Part shown: piece after piece, positions 31,881 to 39,659 of the stretch
Layout: each line of letters starts with the position of its first letter
Numbering within the stretch: position 1 is the stretch's first letter
NCBI GenBank assembly: GCA_016194285.1
Contig: JACQBZ010000028.1
Span: 25,320 to 89,319, forward strand
Direction: 5' to 3'
Source of the DNA: Nitrospirota bacterium
Lineage (GTDB): Bacteria; Nitrospirota; Nitrospiria; JACQBZ01
DNA: 64,000 nucleotides
Translations under genes and position numbers: made by a program
The notes under the pieces: model-generated
Databases searched by the model: none
Seen by the model: only the letters and a program-made list of their open reading frames with translations
What the model was told of the DNA's origin: nothing

Positions 31881-32360
31881 ATGGGTATGGCGCACAAAAA
31901 AATCGTCATGGAACATGATAAGAAGATCGCGCTGGTCGCGCACGACAATAAGAAGCGCGATTTGGTCGAATGGGCTAAATACAATCGAACGCTCTTGGCT
32001 CACCACAAGATCTATGCGACGGGGACAACCGGGGGAATCCTGGAGCAGGAGCTCGGCTTCAAAATCAACAAACTCCAGAGCGGACCGTTGGGCGGCGATC
32101 AGCAGATCGGCGCCAAAATCGCCGACCGGGAGATCGATTTTCTCATCTTTTTCTGGGATCCGCTCGAACCGCAGCCTCACGACCCGGACGTCAAGGCGCT
32201 CTTGCGCATGGCGGTGGTCTGGAACATTCCCGTCGCCTGCAATCGCTCCACCGCCGATTTCATGATCTCCTCTCCCCTGATGGACAGCGATTACGAGCGT
32301 CTTGTGCCCGATTATGACGTGTATCGAACCCGGAAGATCGACGAGGACAAATCATCGTAG
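31881..32360 (+). CDS. mgsA: Methylglyoxal synthase
   Basis: [12 protein letters not shown]...ATGTTG...[12 protein letters not shown] aaggagaag before ATG 31881. Confidence 0.85.
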   Translation: MGMAHKKIVMEHDKKIALVAHDNKKRDLVEWAKYNRTLLAHHKIYATGTTGGILEQELGFKINKLQSGPLGGDQQIGAKIADREIDFLIFFWDPLEPQPHDPDVKALLRMAVVWNIPVACNRSTADFMISSPLMDSDYERLVPDYDVYRTRKIDEDKSS

Positions 32361-32441
32361 GCCATCGAAACCGTCGACAAGATGACGGATCGTCCAATCG
32401 CGGCCAAAGTTCGTGGGCACTTTCCCACCCCCACGGTTGCC

Positions 32442-32520
32442 TCTCGTTTCAAAATCCTCTCTGATTCTCAAAAGGCGAGATATTGATTTCCAGTAGATTT
32501 AGGCATATCCTTTCGAGGGG
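32442..32520 (+). repeat. Copy B of the ~75-nt conserved intergenic element
   Basis: tctcgtttcaaaatcctctctgattctcaaaaggcgagatattgatttccagtagatttaggcatatcct. Confidence 0.6.
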
Positions 32521-32544
32521 TCCGGATGAGTTTTCAAAAGAAAA

Positions 32545-33345
32545 ATGCCCAGCAAAACTGCATTTCACATAATCCGAGCTGTCGGAGGTTCCTTTCTGTT
32601 TCTTCTCTCTGCCTGCGCTGCTGTCCCCCTTCCCAAATCTCTTCCTCTGGATCATCCCCCGCGTCTGGGAATTATCGGCTTTAAAGTAACCGCTCCGATT
32701 TATCACCTCTCTGCCATCGCTGAGATACCCAAAGAATTAAAACGTGAGGAAGAGCCCATCCTTCTTAATGAAGCTCTGCGTCGCGTCGAGGACCAAGCGG
32801 CGAGCTTTCTTACGGCTGCCCTAATTAAAGAGGGTAACGTCGCTCCTGTGACGGTTCCGGAAGGACTCTATGGAACGCGGAGAGGCGAGCGGCCTACGCA
32901 GTCGCAGGTCGATCAACTTCGGAAAGAATTGGGGGTGGATGCCATCCTTTACGGCCAGATTCCCTGGTATGGAAAGACCCATCCGATTTATCCCATCTTG
33001 GGCGAAAGTCTGGACATCGCTGCGGAGAGCGTGGTCCTCGGCCTAGTGACCCACTGGAACCCGGTGTTGATCTCCGCCAACGCCGGCTTTGAACTTCTGA
33101 CCAGCACCCCCCTCTGGTTTGGTGGGGCCTATCTTTTTGGATGGGCCTTCCGGCCGGTAACGGTCGAGGCTTGGGTGATCTCGGCTGCGGATGGAAAGGA
33201 GGTCTGGCGCAAATCGATCGACCAGATTCTCTCGCGAAAGATTCTAAAGAGCTATCCCGAATCCGAGCGATCCAAGAAACAGATCCAGCTCGAGGCCTCT
33301 CTTCGTGGAGCTACTGAGGCCCTAGCCAAGTCTTTGAGCAGGTAG
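32545..33345 (+). CDS. Hypothetical lipoprotein
   Basis: Signal peptide with lipobox LLSAC; 266 aa. Confidence 0.55.
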   Translation: MPSKTAFHIIRAVGGSFLFLLSACAAVPLPKSLPLDHPPRLGIIGFKVTAPIYHLSAIAEIPKELKREEEPILLNEALRRVEDQAASFLTAALIKEGNVAPVTVPEGLYGTRRGERPTQSQVDQLRKELGVDAILYGQIPWYGKTHPIYPILGESLDIAAESVVLGLVTHWNPVLISANAGFELLTSTPLWFGGAYLFGWAFRPVTVEAWVISAADGKEVWRKSIDQILSRKILKSYPESERSKKQIQLEASLRGATEALAKSLSR

Positions 33346-33522
33346 CTCTTCGAATTCATAGTTTTGGGTAGAGGCATTGTTGGACTGAACCCCTAAAATG
33401 AGACACTCGGAATTAGCACACTTGAGCACAAGGAGGAGGAGTGGACCGCACCCTTCGATTTGGACAACCCTCACCCGTTCCGAATATTCGCCCAATGGAC
33501 GACTCCCGATGCGGGTCGAGGA

Positions 33523-33912
33523 TCAACCCTCTTTGTCTTTGTCGTGATGTAGCTCTCTGTGGTCTTTGCGGCGATCCTTTTTATCGGCCTTAAGATCGAC
33601 ACGATCCTTGCGAGTGTCCCTGCGGTCGCCACGAACGTCTCGCCGGTCATGTCTCAACGCGGCCCTGTCTTGATGGGCGGCCGCGCCGTTCCCCGATTTG
33701 ACGTCCTGATGCAGTTGATGACGGTCGGCGTTGCGTTGCTTGATATCTTTGCGCCGGTCCGCTTTGTCCGCTTGAATGTCCTTTTTATCCTGATGAATAT
33801 CCTGAGTGTCCTTTTGAACGTCGTTCCGATCCTGTTTCACGTCGTCCGAATAGGCCGGTGTAATCAACGCGAACGCGCTCAAAATTCCGGCTGCCAATAG
33901 TGCGTTCTTCAT
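33523..33912 (-). CDS. Small secreted protein composed of D/K/R/Q/H-rich heptad-like repeats
   Basis: SD aaggagg before ATG 33912. Signal peptide MKNALLAAGILSAFALITPAYS. About 14 units of D-x-x-x-D-x-x / DRRD-x-R-x. Confidence 0.55.
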   Translation of the reverse strand: MKNALLAAGILSAFALITPAYSDDVKQDRNDVQKDTQDIHQDKKDIQADKADRRKDIKQRNADRHQLHQDVKSGNGAAAHQDRAALRHDRRDVRGDRRDTRKDRVDLKADKKDRRKDHRELHHDKDKEG

Positions 33913-34183
33913 TCTTTGATCCTCCTTTTTAGCTCGAGCCACTTGATGCATCTCGATAAATCTGCGCCAAATAAATATACCTCGCTCGCTTTGTCTGTCA
34001 AGCCCGATTCGCAGGTTTCATTGACTCTCGCCGTCGTTTGTGTTAAAAATAGCGCATTCAGACAATCGCATGTTACTCAAGTCTCCGTTCACCCGGTAGG
34101 GATAGGTCGATGTGTCTGCCTTGCGCGGCCGCGGGCCACCACCCCTACGAAGGGTGAACGGAGTATAAAAAGGGTTATCCCTC

Positions 34184-34936
34184 ATGGGCGGGCATTCGCA
34201 CTGGTCGACGATCAAACGAAAGAAGGGCGCCGAGGACGCCAAGCGGGGGAAGGTCTTTACCAAGATCATCCGCGAGATCACGACGGCGGCCCGCGTCGGC
34301 GGCGGTGATCCGAACGGAAATCCAAGGCTGCGGTTGGCGATCGTGAAGGCGAAAGACGTCAACATGCCGGCCGACAACATCAAGAAGGCGATCCAGCGCG
34401 GGACGGGCGAGCTCCCGGGCGTACATTATGAGGAGGCGGTCTACGAAGGCTACGGCCCGGGCGGCGTGGCGATGCTGATCGAGACCACCTCGGACAATAA
34501 AAACCGCAGCGTCTCCGAGATCCGCAACCTGCTGGAGAAAAACGGCGGCCGGATGGCCGACGCCGGCAGCGTGGCCTGGATGTTTCATCGCAAGGGCCGG
34601 ATCGTGGTGGATAAATCCAAGGCGGACGAGGAAAAGCTGATGAACCTCGTTTTAGAGGCCGGGGCGGAGGATCTCCGCACGGAGGATGACAGCTTCGAAG
34701 TGATCACCTCACCCCATGATTTTGAGAACGTGCGAAAGGTCCTGGAGAATCAGAAGATCGAGACGATTTCGGCCGAGGTGGCCTCCGTTCCTCAAAATTA
34801 TGTGAGTCTGCAGGGGAAGGATGCCGAGCAGATGCTCAAGCTGATGGAAGCACTCGAGGATCACGACGACGTTCAGAACGTCCATGCGAATTTTGATATT
34901 CCCCAGGACGTGATGGAAAAGGTGGCCGCGAAATAA
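34184..34936 (+). CDS. yebC: YebC/PmpR family DNA-binding transcriptional regulator
   Basis: [27 protein letters not shown]... Confidence 0.9.
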   Translation: MGGHSHWSTIKRKKGAEDAKRGKVFTKIIREITTAARVGGGDPNGNPRLRLAIVKAKDVNMPADNIKKAIQRGTGELPGVHYEEAVYEGYGPGGVAMLIETTSDNKNRSVSEIRNLLEKNGGRMADAGSVAWMFHRKGRIVVDKSKADEEKLMNLVLEAGAEDLRTEDDSFEVITSPHDFENVRKVLENQKIETISAEVASVPQNYVSLQGKDAEQMLKLMEALEDHDDVQNVHANFDIPQDVMEKVAAK

Positions 34937-34952
34937 TAAGGATGAGGCCTGC

Positions 34953-35489
34953 ATGCGCGTGATCGGAATTGATCCGGGAACCGTGACGACGGGCTACGGG
35001 GTGGTGGATGAAAAGGACCACCGGCTTTCGTACGTCGCCTCCGGTTCGATCACAACCGCCGCACGACAATCGCTCCCGAAACGGCTCAAAAAAATCTATG
35101 ATGAGCTGGTGGACCTGATTCGAACGCAGAATCCGACGGCCGTGGTGGTCGAGAACACCTTCGTCTCCAAAAATTTCCAAAGCGCGTTGAAACTGGGCCA
35201 GGCCCACGGCATCGCCCTCCTGGCGGCCGAGGCGTGCGGCCTTCCGGTCTATGAATGCATGCCGACCGAGGTGAAGCTGGCCGTGGTCGGGTACGGCGCG
35301 GCCCGCAAGGATCAGGTCGAGAGCATGGTCGGCCGCCTGTTGAACCTCAAGACCCCGCCCGATTCTCACCATGCGGCGGATGCGCTGGCCGTTGCGATCT
35401 GCTATCTGCATTCAGCCAAGATCCGGGCTTTGACAAACCTGTCTGCTGAGAACCGCGGCATGCCGGCGCGTCGGTCCTGCCCGTTATGA
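34953..35489 (+). CDS. ruvC: Crossover junction endodeoxyribonuclease RuvC
   Basis: MRVIGIDPGTVTTGYGVV... Confidence 0.9.
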   Translation: MRVIGIDPGTVTTGYGVVDEKDHRLSYVASGSITTAARQSLPKRLKKIYDELVDLIRTQNPTAVVVENTFVSKNFQSALKLGQAHGIALLAAEACGLPVYECMPTEVKLAVVGYGAARKDQVESMVGRLLNLKTPPDSHHAADALAVAICYLHSAKIRALTNLSAENRGMPARRSCPL

Positions 35490-36106
35490 TCGCCTCGCTC
35501 ACCGGGATCTTGAAACAGAAGACGCCCCACTCGGTCATCGTGGATATTCACGGCGTGGGCTACGAGGCAATCGTTCCGCTGACGACGTTCTATCAGCTTC
35601 CCTCGCAAAACGAGACGGTCCATCTCTGGACCTATACCCATGTACGCGAGGATGCCCTCCAGCTGTTCGGGTTTTCGACGGTGGAGGAAAAAAACGTTTT
35701 TCTGCTGCTGCTGGGGATCTCGGGTATCGGGCCGAAACTAGCGATCAATATTCTGTCCGGACTCCCGCTGGCCGAGCTGGTCGCGGCGGTCAAAAAGGGG
35801 GACATCGCGAAATTGAGCTCGATCCCGGGCGTCGGCCAGAAAACGGCGTCCCGTCTGGCGCTGGAGCTGAAAGAAAAGATCCTGACCGTGGCGGTGGATG
35901 TAATATCGGCCGGCCCGATCGAAGAAAAGGATGCTCGGCGGGTTGAGGATGCCGTCTCGGCGCTTGTTAATCTGGGTTATAAATCCCCGCTGGCCAAGGA
36001 TGCCATCAAGAAGGTCCTGAACTCCAGGAACGGCGAGTCCGGCCGCGAAGGGTTCCCCATCGAGGAACTGATCAAGGAGACCTTGAAGGTTCTTTCAAGA
36101 ACGTGA
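35486..36106 (+). CDS. ruvA: Holliday junction branch migration protein RuvA
   Basis: Two HhH motifs ([12 protein letters not shown]) plus a C-terminal domain. Confidence 0.9.
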   Translation: MIASLTGILKQKTPHSVIVDIHGVGYEAIVPLTTFYQLPSQNETVHLWTYTHVREDALQLFGFSTVEEKNVFLLLLGISGIGPKLAINILSGLPLAELVAAVKKGDIAKLSSIPGVGQKTASRLALELKEKILTVAVDVISAGPIEEKDARRVEDAVSALVNLGYKSPLAKDAIKKVLNSRNGESGREGFPIEELIKETLKVLSRT

Positions 36107-36113
36107 GTGTCTG

Positions 36114-37145
36114 ATGCCGGAACATATACTGACATCCCGGTTGAACGAAGAGGAGAAGACCTACGAGGCCTCGCTCCGTCCGACGTCGCTTGCGGAGTAC
36201 ATCGGCCAAACGAAGCTCAAAGAGAACCTCACGATTTATATCCAGGCCGCCCGGGACCGGGGCGATGTCCTGGATCATGTGATCTTCTACGGACCACCTG
36301 GGCTGGGCAAGACGACGCTGGCCCATATTATCGCACGGGAGCTGGGCGTCAATATCAAGGCCACGTCCGGACCGGCGTTGGAACATCCCGGCGATCTCGC
36401 CGCGATCTTAAGCAACCTCTCGGAGCGGGACGTCTTTTTCATCGACGAAATCCACCGCCTCCATCCGGCGGTGGAGGAGATTCTTTATCCGGCCATGGAG
36501 GATTTTCAGCTGGACCTCGTGATCGGACAGGGTCCCTCGGCGCGAAGCGTCAAGCTGGCCCTGCCCCGGTTCACCCTAATCGGGGCCACGACGCGAGCCG
36601 GTCTGCTCACCTCCCCATTGCGGGAGCGATTCGGCGTGATCAACCGGTTGGACTTCTACCGGCTGCAGGAGCTGGAAGAGATCGTGAACCGTTCGGCGCG
36701 GATTTTGGGAATCGAAGTCGATGCCGCCGGGGCCAAAGAAGTCGCGCGCCGCGCGCGGGGGACGCCTCGGATCGCGAACCGGCTGCTCAAGCGCGTACGC
36801 GATTTTGCGCAGGTCAAGGCCGACGGACGGATCACATTGAACGTCGCAAGCGAAGCCCTTGGCCGGATGGAGATCGATGACAAGGGCTTCGATACGATGG
36901 ACCGAAAGCTACTGCTGACGATCATCGAAAAATTCGGCGGCGGCCCGGTCGGCGTCGAGACGCTCGCGGCGGCCGTCAGCGAGGAAAAGGACACGATCGA
37001 GGATGTCTACGAACCGTTTCTGATCCAGGGCGGCTATCTTGACCGCACCCCCCGCGGCCGCCAGGCAACGCCGCTCGCCTATCAACATTTCGGCAAGCCC
37101 GTTCCCGTCAGCATGCAGAAACCCGAACAGCCTAAGCTGCTTTGA
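36114..37145 (+). CDS. ruvB: Holliday junction branch migration DNA helicase RuvB
   Basis: [11 protein letters not shown] Walker A. Length 343 aa. Confidence 0.95.
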   Translation: MPEHILTSRLNEEEKTYEASLRPTSLAEYIGQTKLKENLTIYIQAARDRGDVLDHVIFYGPPGLGKTTLAHIIARELGVNIKATSGPALEHPGDLAAILSNLSERDVFFIDEIHRLHPAVEEILYPAMEDFQLDLVIGQGPSARSVKLALPRFTLIGATTRAGLLTSPLRERFGVINRLDFYRLQELEEIVNRSARILGIEVDAAGAKEVARRARGTPRIANRLLKRVRDFAQVKADGRITLNVASEALGRMEIDDKGFDTMDRKLLLTIIEKFGGGPVGVETLAAAVSEEKDTIEDVYEPFLIQGGYLDRTPRGRQATPLAYQHFGKPVPVSMQKPEQPKLL

Positions 37146-37260
37146 TCCTGGTCAGTCGGAAAAGGGGATAGGCTACTTAATCCGGGATTTTCGTGGGCGT
37201 CTCCGAGGGCGAAAAGTTAATTCTATCCCCGATGACTTGGCCACTTAAAATAGCCGTTGC

Positions 37261-37824
37261 TTGCGAACCGTGACCAAAAAGGGAGGGAGGGGAGACCGGA
37301 TTATGATTTGTACATTAGAATCGCACATCAACCGCAAGCGAAACAAAAGGCGGTGGCGCGTAGTAGTGATGATTTTATTTTTCACTTTATTTCTATTTCC
37401 ATCGGTCAATCATGCGACCACTTGGGAAAAATTTGACTTCTTAGGCAGTGATAAAAATGATAAAGTGGGAGTAACGTACTACGTTGGCACTCCTGTTAAC
37501 GCGATCGACGCCAACACGTTCCGTATCTGGTACAAATTTGTGGCAGAGTTCGGATCAACTTTTCATAATATTACCATTGAGTATATTGAAATCAACTGTA
37601 AAGAGAAGAAAAGGACCATCCTTCAGAGAACAGAGACTGGTGATAACAGCCCCAAAGCGGAGACGGGTGCCGAGCAAATTGGGGCGGTGATGTATATCGA
37701 GCCAGGGAGTATCTATGACGGTTTTGCAAATAACTATTGTGAAGATTTAAAGACAATATTCGGATCTCAGAAAAGCGAAAAAGAGTCGAAACCGAATGGC
37801 GCTGAAAATGAAAGGTCAAAATGA
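37261..37824 (+). CDS. Secreted hypothetical protein in low-GC islet, possibly surface-adhesin protein E-like
   Basis: About 40% GC against the ~60% background. Internal signal peptide MILFFTLFLFPSVNHA (the real start is likely 37303 or 37366). YY....IW...C......Y..C pattern resembling the adhesin-E family. Confidence 0.45.
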   Translation: MRTVTKKGGRGDRIMICTLESHINRKRNKRRWRVVVMILFFTLFLFPSVNHATTWEKFDFLGSDKNDKVGVTYYVGTPVNAIDANTFRIWYKFVAEFGSTFHNITIEYIEINCKEKKRTILQRTETGDNSPKAETGAEQIGAVMYIEPGSIYDGFANNYCEDLKTIFGSQKSEKESKPNGAENERSK

Positions 37825-37874
37825 GCCCACCCACATGACCAAAAAACGGGGTCGCGTCTTGCATTAACACATTT

Positions 37875-38165
37875 TCAACGGCGCTGGGCGGGTTCGTAGA
37901 CGCCTATGAGAATCAGCAGGCCGGTTTCAAGGAGGATCGATACGCTCTTGTCCGCGCAGGCATCGGCCAGCTTTTCACGTGCTTTGTCCGAAAGCGAATC
38001 CGGCGGAAACACCAGGATGTGAGCGTCTTCCCCCTCATATCGGGCAAGCGACACCTCGATCACGGCTTCAGGACACTGCTTCTTGATGAAAAGACTAATG
38101 TCCGTTACGTAACGATCCAATAAGGACCGGCGACTTTTTGTCGACTGCGTCATTTTATCGGGCAT
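37875..38165 (-). CDS. Hypothetical protein (96 aa)
   Basis: ORF only; no recognisable motif. Confidence 0.35.
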   Translation of the reverse strand: MPDKMTQSTKSRRSLLDRYVTDISLFIKKQCPEAVIEVSLARYEGEDAHILVFPPDSLSDKAREKLADACADKSVSILLETGLLILIGVYEPAQRR

Positions 38166-38396
38166 GAAGAACCTTTTTCCTCACTTGCTGGACGATCTCT
38201 TCAATCTTTTCTATCGACGTGTTCAGGGATACTGTACTTTATTTTCCCTGAGGTGGTCAAGGAGACTCTGAGATGAGCGTGGTGAGGCACAAGGATGCAT
38301 ATAAAGGGATCAAATTTTTGTCCAGTGCTTGGAACATTGACACTGCGTGCGGCATCTCTTACAATCGAGACCTTATATTCGTGGAGGAAAATCATC

Positions 38397-39257
38397 ATGG
38401 CTAATTTTGATCCGCAACAATTTGTCGAAATACAACGTCAAGACTGGAACCGCGTCTCATCTGCATGGGAGAAATGGGATGCCTGGCTGGATATCAGCAT
38501 GGGGTCATGCAACCGGCGTTTGGTAGAGAGGGCCCGGCTTGCGCAGGGCCATCGGGTTTTAGACCTGGGTTGCGGAACCGGATATCCCGCGATCCCGGCT
38601 GCGCTTCGGGTCGGTCCGAGCGGGCATGTGACGGGCGTTGATCTTGCGGAAGCGATGATCGAGGTCGCCTGTCGGAAGGCCGACGCGCTGGGGCTGAAGC
38701 ATGTGACGTTCCGAGCGTGCGATGTCGCGTCTCTGCCTTTTGAAGACGCCGGCTTCGATTCGGTCATCTCCCGGTTCTGTCTGATGTTTCTTCCTCATCT
38801 GGATAAGACCCTTCATGAGACCCGCCGGGTCCTCAAGCCGGGCGGAACCGTCGCGGCGGCCGTCTGGGCGGTGCGCGAGAAAAATCCGTTTCTGTCGCTT
38901 CCGATGGGGGTGCTGAAGGACTTTATCGAGATGCCGCCGATGGATCCGTCCATCCCGGGCATTTTCTATCTGGGCCAACCGGGTGATCTGGTGAATCGAA
39001 TGAAGGCCGCCGGTTTTGCAAATCTCGTGGAGGAAGAGGTGCCGGTGGAAGGGATCTATACCTCCGGCCGGGAATATCTGGAATGCCTTCAGGAGATCGC
39101 GGCGCCTCTCCAAACGTTGTTCGCCAAAGTGCCGTCCGAAAAGCGGCGGGCGGTCGAGGACGGAATCGCAGCCGCGGCCGAAAAATTTCGCCGGGATGGG
39201 AAAGTCCGCATCCCCGGGGTGGCCCTGGCGGTCTCGGGAATCAAGCCTTCCGTTTGA
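38397..39257 (+). CDS. Class I SAM-dependent methyltransferase
   Basis: SD ggagga before ATG 38397. VLDLGCGTGY...LKPGGTV. Confidence 0.8.
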   Translation: MANFDPQQFVEIQRQDWNRVSSAWEKWDAWLDISMGSCNRRLVERARLAQGHRVLDLGCGTGYPAIPAALRVGPSGHVTGVDLAEAMIEVACRKADALGLKHVTFRACDVASLPFEDAGFDSVISRFCLMFLPHLDKTLHETRRVLKPGGTVAAAVWAVREKNPFLSLPMGVLKDFIEMPPMDPSIPGIFYLGQPGDLVNRMKAAGFANLVEEEVPVEGIYTSGREYLECLQEIAAPLQTLFAKVPSEKRRAVEDGIAAAAEKFRRDGKVRIPGVALAVSGIKPSV

Positions 39258-39374
39258 GCATTCGTGACCGCCGGCAAGGAGGCCCGCACCTGCTGACCGC
39301 GTTCCTGGCCGATCGCTCACACTCCGCTAAGATCATTGAGTTTTTTTGAAATTTGTTCTCGCCCACCTCTTGCC

Positions 39375-39402
39375 TTGACAAAATACAGGGCCCTGCTAAT
39401 CT
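39375..39402 (+). promoter_or_regulatory. sigma70-like promoter TTGACA-16-TAATCT
   Basis: ttgaca at 39375-39380 and taatct at 39397-39402. Confidence 0.45.
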
Positions 39403-39424
39403 TTTATTAGACAGCTGAATCGAT

Positions 39425-39515
39425 CCAAGAAAAACGCAAACCAGTCGAAAGGCTGGGACGCAAAGCTTCAAGGCTTCGCCTTCAGCGATGAAGGCATGCT
39501 AGTTGGGCTGCCCTG
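39425..39515 (+). ncRNA. Probable cyclic-di-GMP-I (GEMM) riboswitch aptamer
   Basis: ACGCAAACCAGUCGAAAGGCUGGGACGCAAAGC matches the GEMM-I core (GCAAACC-stem-GAAA-stem-GGGACGCAAAGCC, cf. Vc2). The compensatory P1 pairs are CCAGUC/GGCUGG. Confidence 0.6.
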
Positions 39516-39544
39516 GATTAACAAAAGAATGTTTTTCCATGCGT

Positions 39545-39578
39545 AGCCCATTTCTGAAAAGAAATGGGCTTTTTTATT
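39545..39578 (+). terminator. Intrinsic terminator (expression platform of the riboswitch)
   Basis: AGCCCAUUUC-ugaaaa-GAAAUGGGCU followed by UUUUUUAUU, about 80 nt upstream of the lipoprotein start codon. Confidence 0.7.
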
Positions 39579-39659
39579 GCGGATCTGCGGGCGACGGTTC
39601 GATTCGGAGGATGAGGTTAAAGCACTTAACCGAAAGTCCACTGGGAGGAGGCAAAGAAA

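Noticed and set aside
34075-34160. 10-bp inverted repeat CCGTTCACCC…GGGTGAACGG upstream of yebC
   Set aside because: It is a single occurrence with no accompanying promoter or terminator logic that I could establish. It may be an operator or leader hairpin, but support is too thin.
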